Shown here piece after piece: positions 10,247 through 19,024 of a stretch of DNA of 64,000 bases. Numbering within the stretch: position 1 is the first letter of the stretch; every line of letters begins with the position of its first letter. The notes beneath the pieces were generated by a model. The model made no database searches, had not been told where the DNA came from, and worked only from the letters and a program-made list of their open reading frames with translations. The DNA comes from Candidatus Hermodarchaeota archaeon (GTDB lineage Archaea > Asgardarchaeota > Hermodarchaeia > Hermodarchaeales > Hermodarchaeaceae), in the NCBI GenBank assembly GCA_016839365.1, contig JAEOUH010000044.1:1-64000 (forward strand), in the 5' to 3' direction. Position numbers and translations under genes: made by a program.

Positions 10247-11206
10247 ATGCAGGCAAAGCAAAAGTATCTAGATGATGTCCGAGACGTCTTAGATACGGCT
10301 GCACGAGAACACGCCACCACCTTCAACCCCGAATACTGCTTCGACAGCATCATCGATGAGGGATCTGGGCGCATTGCCATTAAAGCCAGCCTCACAATAG
10401 ACAATGTTGAATCTCATGTTCGAGCAGAATTAGGTAAGATTTGTTCAATACTTCGATGCACACCCTTGATCATCGGGGAACGTACGCGGAAACGCCCCCT
10501 ACAGGATGGGGTTGTCCATGCACGAGGTTCTATTCCCGCAGTTACTCTAGAAACGCTACGCCTTATGTTGGAAGAAAATGTCTATCCATTTCTTTTAGCA
10601 AAAAAAGGTGGTATTTACGTTGTTATGGATGGTAATAAACTAAAGAAGATCCGTCAAGAACGGAACTTTTCACGGGGAGATATTGCTGAAGAGTTAGGGC
10701 TTTCGCGGCGGGCGATATACGAATATGAAAGAGGGACTATAAGTCCTAAAATTGATGTTGCACTCAGATTAGAAGATCTTCTTAATGCGAGCTTAATTGA
10801 ACCCCTAAACCTTTTAGAGACCAGCACAGTGTCTACGAAATCCAAGGCGGGAGTAGAGTCGCCTGGTAGGCAAACAAGACTTATAAAAACAACGCTAGAA
10901 GCTTTTTCTCGATTGGGCTTTGACTCAACTGTGGCTCACGATGCGCCTTTTAATTTGCTCTCATCCTTGCATCAACACGTCTTTCTGAGCTACTTGAAAC
11001 AGCGTCTTGAACGACTTGATGAAAACCGACTTGAGTTTTTAGCAAGACTGGCTGATGTACTGAAAGAAGAACCGGCAATAATCGCATCTGATTCTCCTGC
11101 CGTCGAAGTAATTAGTGGTGTACCAGTTCTGTCCATCAAAGAGCTCCTGTCATTGGAGGACCCAAATGAGTTCATCGAATTAATTCACAGCCGTCGAGGA
11201 GCTTAA
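10247..11206 (+). CDS. Archaeal XRE-HTH transcriptional regulator (COG1395-like)
   Basis: PLIIGE...LQDGVVHARG, GGIYVVMDG, HTH SRGDIAEELGLSRRAIYEYERG. Confidence 0.85.
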   Translation: MQAKQKYLDDVRDVLDTAAREHATTFNPEYCFDSIIDEGSGRIAIKASLTIDNVESHVRAELGKICSILRCTPLIIGERTRKRPLQDGVVHARGSIPAVTLETLRLMLEENVYPFLLAKKGGIYVVMDGNKLKKIRQERNFSRGDIAEELGLSRRAIYEYERGTISPKIDVALRLEDLLNASLIEPLNLLETSTVSTKSKAGVESPGRQTRLIKTTLEAFSRLGFDSTVAHDAPFNLLSSLHQHVFLSYLKQRLERLDENRLEFLARLADVLKEEPAIIASDSPAVEVISGVPVLSIKELLSLEDPNEFIELIHSRRGA

Positions 11207-11207
11207 T

Positions 11208-12380
11208 TTGTACGAAGAACACCAAGAAGGCGCTATAACTTTTCTACGGCCGCCTTTGCAGGACATCCCCACGACTAGTATGACAGTGTTTTTCAATCCG
11301 CAATCTGAACTAAACCGAGACATAGCCGTCGTTGCATTACAGACATTCATTACCGAATATGAATTAAAGCACGTTCGAGTGTGCACTCCATTAGCGGGAA
11401 CGGGTGTGCGACCTATTCGCTTTGCCAAAGAAGTTGAAGGAATCGAAAAGGTGATTGTGGGTGATGCAAACCCCCATGCGGTGGAGTTGATAAAAAAGAA
11501 TCGAGATATAAACGGCATCGGAAGCCTGATCGAAGCTTATCACATGGACGCTAATGAGTTACTAAGCCAGTATACAACATTTCATGAAAAATTTGATGTC
11601 ATTGACATTGATCCGTTCGGTACTCCACGTGAATTTTTCGATTCGGCTATTAGGGCATTAAGACCTCCAGCTTTTCTCTGTCTCACTGCAACCGATATGC
11701 CAGTTTTGGTCGGAATTCGACGTAAAGCATGTATCAAACGATATGCGGCCGTTCCTTTGAAAACTGAATACGCACATGAGCTTGCAGTGCGAATATTGAT
11801 GGGGTGTGCCGTTCGCCAAGCAGCTCCACTTAACATCGGACTCAGTCCCTTACTATCGTTTTCGATAGATCATTATGTTCGACTATGTTGTTTGGCGAAG
11901 GAAGGAGACAAGGACACCTGGAAGGCTGTTTCACAAGTAGGATTCATGATCCATTGCGATCAGTGTGGACATCGGTCAATTACTGAAGGATTGATCCCGC
12001 AGACGCTATCGTGTGATCAATGCAAGGCGGAAAAAACCCAATTAATAGGACCGCTCTGGATCGGCGGACTAGGACATGAAGCGTTTATCAATAAAATGTC
12101 TGAGAACTTAGCTAACTTTTCGCTGGGTGAGAAACGTAGAATCTCAGCACTCTTGGGTATGCTCAAAGAAGAAGTGAACGGTCCTCCCACCTATTTTAAC
12201 CTCCATCAGTTGGCAGATAAGCTGAATATCCCAGTCCCTCCTTTTCAAGAGGTGATCAAAAGATTACGTGATAATGGTGATTTTTGTGTTCGAACCCATT
12301 TTTCTCCTCATGCGATTCGTACTTCTGCCAGTGAACAGACCTTAATTCAGCTTCTTTCATCGCTCACCCTGGAGGAATGA
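11208..12380 (+). CDS. trm1: tRNA G26 N2,N2-dimethyltransferase Trm1
   Basis: VFFNP..ELNRD, GTGVRPIR, FDVIDIDPFGTP, TATD, HELAVRIL, GPLWIG, RTHF. Confidence 0.95.
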   Translation: MYEEHQEGAITFLRPPLQDIPTTSMTVFFNPQSELNRDIAVVALQTFITEYELKHVRVCTPLAGTGVRPIRFAKEVEGIEKVIVGDANPHAVELIKKNRDINGIGSLIEAYHMDANELLSQYTTFHEKFDVIDIDPFGTPREFFDSAIRALRPPAFLCLTATDMPVLVGIRRKACIKRYAAVPLKTEYAHELAVRILMGCAVRQAAPLNIGLSPLLSFSIDHYVRLCCLAKEGDKDTWKAVSQVGFMIHCDQCGHRSITEGLIPQTLSCDQCKAEKTQLIGPLWIGGLGHEAFINKMSENLANFSLGEKRRISALLGMLKEEVNGPPTYFNLHQLADKLNIPVPPFQEVIKRLRDNGDFCVRTHFSPHAIRTSASEQTLIQLLSSLTLEE

Positions 12381-12384
12381 TTGG

Positions 12385-13008
12385 TTGGCGCGATGGAAGA
12401 AAGATGAAATTTATCGAAGACAGGCCAGAAAGGCTGGGTATCGGTCACGTGCAGCTTTTAAATTATTAGAAATCGATAACCGATTTGAGATTTTCAAAGA
12501 CACGGCACGAATCGTTGATCTATGTTGTGCCCCTGGTTCTTGGCTGCAGGTGGCAAAGGAACGATGTGATGTCTCTGATGCAGTTATTATTGGAATTGAT
12601 ATTGCATATGTCAAACCAATTTCAGGCGTAAACATCATTCAAAGTTCTCTCGAGTCCCCGGAGCTAGTAGACCAAACCTTAGGATTGCTAGAAAAACCTG
12701 CCCAAGTTGTTCTCAGTGATTGCGCACCAAAGTTGTCTGGGAATAAGTCCCTTGATAGAGAACGGCAACTTTGGTTAGCAAAACTATCCTTTCAGATTGC
12801 CATAAAATTACTTGACAAGGACGGGTGTTTTGTAACGAAAGTCTTTCAATCGAATGAATTTCGTGACTTTGTTTTACAGACTAGAAAGTCATTTCGTTTG
12901 GTGAAAACGTATAAACCACAATCTTCGTTTAAACGGAGCCCAGAGATGTATTTAATAGCAAAAGGATTTCGTGGCGTATCAGAACCTGTCAGTCTAGCTG
13001 AACTTTAA
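12385..13008 (+). CDS. rlmE: 23S rRNA 2'-O-methyltransferase RlmE/FtsJ
   Basis: YRSRAAFKL, DLCCAPGSWLQ, VLSDCAP, KVFQ, KPQSS..SPEMY. Confidence 0.95.
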   Translation: MARWKKDEIYRRQARKAGYRSRAAFKLLEIDNRFEIFKDTARIVDLCCAPGSWLQVAKERCDVSDAVIIGIDIAYVKPISGVNIIQSSLESPELVDQTLGLLEKPAQVVLSDCAPKLSGNKSLDRERQLWLAKLSFQIAIKLLDKDGCFVTKVFQSNEFRDFVLQTRKSFRLVKTYKPQSSFKRSPEMYLIAKGFRGVSEPVSLAEL

Positions 13009-13321
13009 TCCACTTATTCAGTTTCTCACAGACCCAGGGGTTTGTGGGTTGTGCTGCTCCACATTGGTCGATATCGGGGCAGACAAAGCATGGAAGGCCT
13101 TCCCGGGTGTCCCATTCAGATTCAAAATCGTTCCAAATCAGTCTAAAGGTAGATTCCCCATCATGTTTTTCTGCGACTTTCTTGATTTGACCATTTTTGT
13201 TTAGAGAATCAATAACCTCGAGGATAGTGGATTCGGGTTCGTTCATTTTCTTAACTAGCTCTGCAAGAAGTATGCCCTGCTTTCCCGCGTCCTTAATGAC
13301 TTGGAGAGTACCCGATTCCAT
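12989..13321 (-). CDS. RNA Pol III C34-like protein / TFE-beta (winged helix + Fe-S cluster)
   Basis: wHTH plus PCFVCPDIDQC-x10-C..LNKW four-Cys motif; directly downstream of tfb. Start moved to ATG 13321. Confidence 0.8.
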   Translation of the reverse strand: MESGTLQVIKDAGKQGILLAELVKKMNEPESTILEVIDSLNKNGQIKKVAEKHDGESTFRLIWNDFESEWDTREGLPCFVCPDIDQCGAAQPTNPWVCEKLNKWIKVQLD

Positions 13322-13374
13322 GACATCATCTAGGAAGAAGGTCCGCTGGATAAAAAACCTTTCAAACGCCAACG

Positions 13375-13409
13375 AAAAATAAAGGAAAAAGGGCGAATAG
13401 GTTCGCCCT
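13375..13409 (-). terminator. Hairpin plus U-tract downstream of tfb
   Basis: Minus strand AGGGCGAA-CCTA-TTCGCCCT followed by TTTTCCTTTATTTTT. Confidence 0.6.
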
Positions 13410-13420
13410 ATGAATACCCG

Positions 13421-14350
13421 TTAGAGTGGAACTTCGAGATCTAATTTTTCCACAAGTTCTTTGTACCGATTTCGGACCGTAACTTCAGTGACTCGCGCCA
13501 CCGAAGCCACTTCGCGTTGCGTACGCCGTGAGTTTGCTAACACACTTGCAACATAGATAGCTGCGGCCGCAACACCTGTTGGTCCTCGACCACTTGTTAA
13601 TCCTTTGTTGGCAGCCATTTTTAAAATTTGAATGGCTTGTGCTTGAACCTCGCCAATTAATTTCAGTTCGCTGATAAATCGGGGAACATAGTCTATTGGA
13701 GAGGTGGGAGGGATTGAGAGACGGAGTTCACGCGCGATGAAACGGTAACTTCGTCCAATCTCCTTCTTGCCGACTCTTGAAACCTCTGCCACTTCGTCGA
13801 GTGTCCGAGGGATACGCGATTGGCGACAGGCTGCATACAGCGCTGCAGCAGCCACGCCCTCAATCGATCGCCCTCGAATTAATCGTTGTTCAACAGCTCT
13901 GCGGTAAAGCATTGCCGCGATTTCACGAACGTTGCGTGGAAGACCAAGACTTGATGCCATACGGTCAAGTTCTGAAAGAGCATATGCCAGATTGCGTTCA
14001 GTCGCATCAGAAACACGGATTCTGCGTTGCCATTTGCGAAGTCGATAGATTTGCGCTCGACGTTTTGGAGCTAAGTCTTTTCCATAACTATCACGATTGC
14101 GCCAGTCAATCATTGTTGAAAGACCCTTATCATGTATAGTGAAGGTCAGGGGTGCTCCAACACGCGCACGTTTATCACGTTGTTCTTGATCAAAAGCCCT
14201 CCATTCAGGGCCTTCATCGATGATTCGGTCCGTGAGCACGAGCCCACAGTTCATGCATATAATTTCCGCTCTTGAATAGTCTTTCACAAGACGGGTAGTA
14301 CCACAGTCAGGACAATGAGCGAGTGCAGCTGCACTTACTTCTTTCGTCGT
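13421..14350 (-). CDS. tfb: Transcription initiation factor IIB (start codon uncertain)
   Basis: Zn ribbon CPDC...CMNC (first pair lies upstream of the ORF-track GTG at 14287), GPEWRAF, HDKGLST, two cyclin repeats, [10 protein letters not shown]. Confidence 0.95.
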   Translation of the reverse strand, partial: TTKEVSAAALAHCPDCGTTRLVKDYSRAEIICMNCGLVLTDRIIDEGPEWRAFDQEQRDKRARVGAPLTFTIHDKGLSTMIDWRNRDSYGKDLAPKRRAQIYRLRKWQRRIRVSDATERNLAYALSELDRMASSLGLPRNVREIAAMLYRRAVEQRLIRGRSIEGVAAAALYAACRQSRIPRTLDEVAEVSRVGKKEIGRSYRFIARELRLSIPPTSPIDYVPRFISELKLIGEVQAQAIQILKMAANKGLTSGRGPTGVAAAAIYVASVLANSRRTQREVASVARVTEVTVRNRYKELVEKLDLEVPL

Positions 14351-14604
14351 TTCCCTACGCCTCCTTTTGGAGCCTTCTTTAGATAGAGATTTGTCCCAGG
14401 AGGCACCACAGCGTCTGTAATCTTTGATTCTGGTTTTAGCGCAGCAAACGGTTGAATAGTTGGGCCAAAGATATCAATTACTCTACCAATCGGGTGAGAT
14501 TGAGTTGTGAAAACGCGTGTCCCTAGCCGTACAGCTTGATTTAGACGCGCGATGACATTTCCTTGCGCGGAAATGTGTAGAACATGGCCAATTCCTTGCA
14601 GCAG
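14335..14604 (-). CDS. gar1: H/ACA sRNP protein Gar1 (CTG start)
   Basis: Hand translation: [20 protein letters not shown]...[29 protein letters not shown]...KRRKK. AGGAG precedes the CTG; gar1-tfb synteny. Confidence 0.88.
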   Translation of the reverse strand: MLQGIGHVLHISAQGNVIARLNQAVRLGTRVFTTQSHPIGRVIDIFGPTIQPFAALKPESKITDAVVPPGTNLYLKKAPKGGVGKRRKK

Positions 14605-14659
14605 ATCGACTCCTGGGAAGGCTAGAATGGGTCGTGGGGGGATTAGAAGGTGAAAAACG

Positions 14660-14710
14660 GACCGTCACTTAAAAACATTTGCCTGCTTTTCTGCGTCAAA
14701 AAGTTGACGT
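14660..14710 (-). promoter_or_regulatory. Probable TATA box (TTTTTAAG) of gar1-tfb with an upstream inverted repeat
   Basis: cttaaaaa near 14668-14675 on +; inverted repeat CGTCAA-aaag-TTGACG at 14694-14709. Confidence 0.4.
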
Positions 14711-14793
14711 TTGTAACCCCATCATGGATTTACACTATTTTCAGTCCCACATTGTAAATTTCGCTAGTTTTGGAGGCTCCTTGTCTCTTGATT

Positions 14794-15096
14794 CTATTTT
14801 TTGCCAACCTCTTTCAAGGTGATCATGATTTTGGCAAGTTCCTTGAGGAGTTGGGTTTTGGTCTGATTTTCGGGCTTCTTTATCAAGACGACCCCAGATG
14901 AAACCCACCAACTTGCTGGATAGCGAGCCTTCGATTCAATAATGTAGTCTAGCCCAAGTCGTTGAGCAGCTTGTGCAATCATCGATGTTGTTACTGTCGT
15001 CAGAGCAAATTTCTTTGGAACACGTCGTCCCGAATGCCGAGTGCGGTTCGCTTCGAAATATGCGGGGTAAATGTAGTAGCTTCCTGATTTTCGCAT
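14794..15096 (-). CDS. srp19: Signal recognition particle protein SRP19
   Basis: IYPAYFEANRTRHSGRRVPK, ARYPASWW..SG, KTQLLKELA. Confidence 0.93.
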   Translation of the reverse strand: MRKSGSYYIYPAYFEANRTRHSGRRVPKKFALTTVTTSMIAQAAQRLGLDYIIESKARYPASWWVSSGVVLIKKPENQTKTQLLKELAKIMITLKEVGKK

Positions 15097-15192
15097 TCTC
15101 GACCGTCTTCATAGCGACCATTCGTGGCACAAAAGCTTTGCTTTTGTAAGGGGGGAAGGTTGAAAAGTTTTGAGGAGTCGGGTTGAAATACT

Positions 15193-15570
15193 ATGCACGA
15201 ATTTTCGACGGCAGTGAACATTGTAGAAGCCGTGAAACGAGCTGCAAAAAGCTATGATGCGACGAAGGTAATTGGGATTACAATACAGATAGGAAAATTA
15301 TCGATGTTAAACCATGACCAATTACTCTTTGGTATCGAGATAGCGGCAAAGGGATCAGTTGCTGAAGGAGCCAAGGTAACCATTGAACCGCTTGCTACGA
15401 AAATTCGTTGCAGAGAATGTAAGAAAGAATCTGAAGTGCCCGAAGAAGGTACGCTATATGACATTTTGACCTCCCTGGCATGCTCAAAATGCCAATCAAA
15501 GGATGTGGAGGTCATCCAGGGAAGAGAATGTGTTATTAAAGATATCAAAGCCGAAGTTGGAAAGAAGTAG
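15193..15570 (+). CDS. hypA: Hydrogenase nickel metallochaperone HypA
   Basis: MHE Ni-binding motif, CREC...CSKC, GRECVIKDI. Confidence 0.93.
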   Translation: MHEFSTAVNIVEAVKRAAKSYDATKVIGITIQIGKLSMLNHDQLLFGIEIAAKGSVAEGAKVTIEPLATKIRCRECKKESEVPEEGTLYDILTSLACSKCQSKDVEVIQGRECVIKDIKAEVGKK

Positions 15571-15574
15571 TGGC

Positions 15575-15955
15575 TTATTCGAGTCTAATGGCATCAACAA
15601 CGCCATTTTGGCCTGGACGACTTGTCACAACGGCTCTTCCTTTTTCAGTCTCAATAATGGTTCCTTTTGTTATAATCCCACGTCGATCAAAATCAACATT
15701 CGCTGGGTTTTGTAAGACCTGAATGATTTTTACTTTTTCTGAAGTGCCTGAAGCCTTATCCGTGACATTGGCATGAGAGGCAGCAAGTAGACGATGTTTG
15801 GAACTCCCGCCCAGAACTCGTTTTACTCTTAGCTTCTTTTCTCCCATGATTGTTTCGGTGGCTTGGCCACCTCTTTCGAATTTCCGATGCTTTCGTGAAA
15901 TTCGACGTCTGGCGCCCGTGTGATATCGTTTTGATTTACCTTGCCAAAGGGGCAT
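15575..15955 (-). CDS. rps8e: 30S ribosomal protein S8e
   Basis: WQGKSKR..TG, NPAN...RRGIITKGTIIETEKG.AVVTSRPGQ; ATG at 15955. Confidence 0.96.
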   Translation of the reverse strand: MPLWQGKSKRYHTGARRRISRKHRKFERGGQATETIMGEKKLRVKRVLGGSSKHRLLAASHANVTDKASGTSEKVKIIQVLQNPANVDFDRRGIITKGTIIETEKGRAVVTSRPGQNGVVDAIRLE

Positions 15956-16081
15956 TTCAGTAACCTCGGATTTGAGACGAGACACTAACTAGGAGCTATA
16001 AACGTTTCGCCATCCCGATAATGGCAAAGACTTTAGGTAACCGGGATTTGACTCCCTTACAGTAAATCTGGAGTAATTGTT

Positions 16082-17113
16082 ATGCAAAGAGAAAAGACAC
16101 TCGTTGAGCTAGCCGATGGCGCAGGTGGGCGTGCAATGGCACAATTTCTCGCAGACGTCATCTTTCCTCATTTCAAACTTAATCGATTTCAAGATGGGAT
16201 AGGGCTTGCTGAAGCAGACGATGGTGCTACAATTCCATTCGGCGACAAGGCAATTGTGGTCTCTACGGATAGTCATACAGTGTCACCACTATTCTTCCCA
16301 GGAGGCGACATTGGGAGTCTAGCAGCCGCAGGAACAATTAATGATGTGGCTATGATGGGAGCCCGACCCCTAGTCATGACGAGTGCCTTGGTAATAGAAG
16401 AAGGATTCCCAGTGAAAAAACTTCACATGATTTTGGAATCAATGGCTGCAACGGCCGCTGAAGAGCAAGTAGCTATTATTGCTGGAGATACCAAGGTGAT
16501 GCCAAAAGGAGGCATTGATCAAATCATCATCTGCACAACAGGATTTGGTTTGATCGAGAAAGGGCCAGTCATCACTGATAGTGGTGTAAAAGCTGGTGAC
16601 AAGTTGATAATGACCGGATCCATTGGAGATCATGGAATAGCGTTGCTAGCCAGCCGAGAGGGTCTTTCCTTTGAGACTGATTTAAGATCAGACATTGCTC
16701 CATTGTGGTCATTGGTTCGGGAAGCGTTGAAGGTTGGTGGAATTCATGCTATGAAAGATCCGACGCGGGGAGGACTATCTGCAGCTTTAAACGAGTTCGC
16801 AAAGAAGTCGGGCGTTGGTTTGATTGTCGAAGAAGAAAAACTTCCGTTCCGCCGAGAAGTCCTTGCTGCAAGCCAAATGCTAGGACTTGATCCATTACAA
16901 GTAACCTGCGAAGGAAAGGCATTAATCGCAGTTGAAGCCGAGAAGGCCGATAAAGTTCTTCAAGTCATCCGACAAAATAAGTACGGGAAATTAGCGCAAA
17001 TCATTGGCGAAGTGAATGATGACCATCCGGGTCGTGTAGTGATGAAGACAGAAGTCGGTGGCTCTCGGATCATCCAACACCCATGGGCAGAAGCAATTCC
17101 ACGCGTTTGCTAG
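16082..17113 (+). CDS. hypE: Hydrogenase maturation carbamoyl dehydratase HypE
   Basis: STDSHTVSPLFFPGGDIG, GDTKV, MKDPTRGG, C-terminal PRVC. Confidence 0.96.
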   Translation: MQREKTLVELADGAGGRAMAQFLADVIFPHFKLNRFQDGIGLAEADDGATIPFGDKAIVVSTDSHTVSPLFFPGGDIGSLAAAGTINDVAMMGARPLVMTSALVIEEGFPVKKLHMILESMAATAAEEQVAIIAGDTKVMPKGGIDQIIICTTGFGLIEKGPVITDSGVKAGDKLIMTGSIGDHGIALLASREGLSFETDLRSDIAPLWSLVREALKVGGIHAMKDPTRGGLSAALNEFAKKSGVGLIVEEEKLPFRREVLAASQMLGLDPLQVTCEGKALIAVEAEKADKVLQVIRQNKYGKLAQIIGEVNDDHPGRVVMKTEVGGSRIIQHPWAEAIPRVC

Positions 17114-17134
17114 CAGAGGCTAATCACACCAGTA

Positions 17135-17608
17135 TCACGAGATTTGAGCGCAGGTTTCTACAAATATACGTTCAATTTGTTGGTTGATGTCAGGAGCACA
17201 TAGAGCTGCTGGTTGCGGTTTGATGAGACGATCATTGTATTTAGTGAGCAAGAGCTTTGCGATACGCTTAGCAATTGTTTCAAGGATGATAGGATTGAAC
17301 GATTTTGCACTGCAAATGACTAAGAGCCCATTTCGAAGCGGATAAAAGGTGTATCTACAGGGCTCAGTTGTTACCGTTTCAATTTGGCTATCAGTTACCT
17401 CTTTGGCAAAAAGTGATAGGGCTATAAAAAAGCCCCCAAGAATCGCAGGGTCCGGATGATTTTTAGTGGTCGTAAATATGCGATAATAGAAGGGACACCC
17501 TGATTCTTTTAGGATGAATAGGGAGTAGAGCCCAACGGGTGAACTCGTTTTGGGAGCTTCATTGCTGGGAGCCATTTGGGATAAAGAAGGTTGAGGGATG
17601 CGTGCCAC
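17135..17608 (-). CDS. Longin-domain protein
   Basis: SLFILKESG.PFYYRIF...DPAILGGFFIALSLFAKEV, a longin/sedlin-like pattern common in Asgard archaea. Confidence 0.7.
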   Translation of the reverse strand: MARIPQPSLSQMAPSNEAPKTSSPVGLYSLFILKESGCPFYYRIFTTTKNHPDPAILGGFFIALSLFAKEVTDSQIETVTTEPCRYTFYPLRNGLLVICSAKSFNPIILETIAKRIAKLLLTKYNDRLIKPQPAALCAPDINQQIERIFVETCAQIS

Positions 17609-17704
17609 ACTTGCAGCCTCGAGTAACTTAGCTTCTGTTGAGTATATAGAAGCAGATATAAACTAACAAAGTTTGGAGAACACTAGGGGGAGATTGGCTA
17701 TATG

Positions 17705-18259
17705 CTACTTCTCAGCAGTAACCGCTAGTTCGGACTGTTCAATTCGAATTTGTTTAATCATTTTCTTGAGTTGGCCTTTGAGTTTGTCAATTTCATAATC
17801 GAAGCCAAAATAATCAGCAAACATTTCAGTTGTAGCAAGTTCTTTTGTTCGACCAGATGGTGTGGCTTCAATGAAACCATGTGCTTCTAGGTTCTTGATG
17901 TGCTTGTAACTATGGGATCCTCGGTAGATTACAACATCTGATTGGAGGATTGGTTGTGAGAGAGCAATATAGATGAGCGTTTTTAATTCTCCTAATGCGA
18001 GCAGCCCCTGCGGAGCAAGATGGCTAACATCTTCAGTAAGTTCTGGTTTCATTTGAAGGACAAAGCGTTGACGGGGAAGCCGGACAATTTCTAACGCCCC
18101 TTCCCGTTCTTCATACTCCTCAGCTAGCTGTTGAATACAATCGCGAACTTTCTTTAAGGTAGGTATTTGAGTAGCCTGTTGGATTTCGTTTATGGTGAGA
18201 GGGCGTCCTGAAATATAAAGTGCAGCTTCAACCAGCCGTTTTGCCTCATCCACCCGCAC
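17705..18259 (-). CDS. scpB: SMC accessory subunit ScpB
   Basis: VEAALY, LKTLIYIALSQPI.QS....RG, TTEMFADYFG. Confidence 0.94.
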   Translation of the reverse strand: MRVDEAKRLVEAALYISGRPLTINEIQQATQIPTLKKVRDCIQQLAEEYEEREGALEIVRLPRQRFVLQMKPELTEDVSHLAPQGLLALGELKTLIYIALSQPILQSDVVIYRGSHSYKHIKNLEAHGFIEATPSGRTKELATTEMFADYFGFDYEIDKLKGQLKKMIKQIRIEQSELAVTAEK

Positions 18260-18935
18260 TAGCCTCCTCGTTCAGAGGTTCTTGGACCCAAATCATTATG
18301 TCGCCAAATTGTCGGTCCTGGATGATCCGGATACTTCCTTTGCTCATCAAGAACAGTAGACTTAGAAACACTCGGATAATTTGGATACGGGACATTCCTG
18401 TAACGAAGTTAACGAATGAGATTGGATTGTTATCAAGGCTCGCTTCAATTAATTGCGCGTGGACCTGTTTCATTGATTTGGTCAATTCGACTGATGAACC
18501 ATCAAACTGGGGTATCGCTGGTAATGACCCGCTACCTTTGATGTGCTTTCGTGTATGTTTCTTAGGAGGGAAAACGAGTTCTCGTAAAGCCTCAACGAAT
18601 TCGGCCGAAGAGGTTGGCCGAATGTTTTTCCGAAATGGCGGACGGATTGGAGGGAGAAATATATCCTCCTCGATTACCCGGAGGATTTCCTCTTCCTCTC
18701 TCCCGAATTCAAGTAGATACTCGGTTTTCAGTCGCAGTAAGATGGCGGCTGAAAGCAGGGCACGACCACAAATTCGCAAATCAATGTATTCTGCGGTGAG
18801 TAACCGCCCAATAAACCCATTCACTAGTTCCGCCAGGTCAAGTTCCCATGGGCTAATCTTTTGTAATTCGAGAATGTCAGTAAGGACTCGCCATGGTTGA
18901 TGGAACCAGAATGGTTCAGGGCTAGTTTCTGTCAC
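18246..18935 (-). CDS. scpA: Kleisin ScpA
   Basis: PWELDL, DLRICGRALLSAAILLRLK, FLSLLFL...QDRQFGDI. Confidence 0.92.
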   Translation of the reverse strand: MTETSPEPFWFHQPWRVLTDILELQKISPWELDLAELVNGFIGRLLTAEYIDLRICGRALLSAAILLRLKTEYLLEFGREEEEILRVIEEDIFLPPIRPPFRKNIRPTSSAEFVEALRELVFPPKKHTRKHIKGSGSLPAIPQFDGSSVELTKSMKQVHAQLIEASLDNNPISFVNFVTGMSRIQIIRVFLSLLFLMSKGSIRIIQDRQFGDIMIWVQEPLNEEASAGG

Positions 18936-19024
18936 CGGATTATCATTCTCCCTTGCGGCTTCACGATTTTGTTATACTTGATAAATGCATCCTATATAAC
19001 CTGATGTATTATCAGAGCTTTCCG

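Noticed and set aside
18220-18900. 226-aa plus-strand ORF
   Set aside because: Antisense shadow of scpA with no motifs. The same applies to the other short ORFs overlapping recognised genes.
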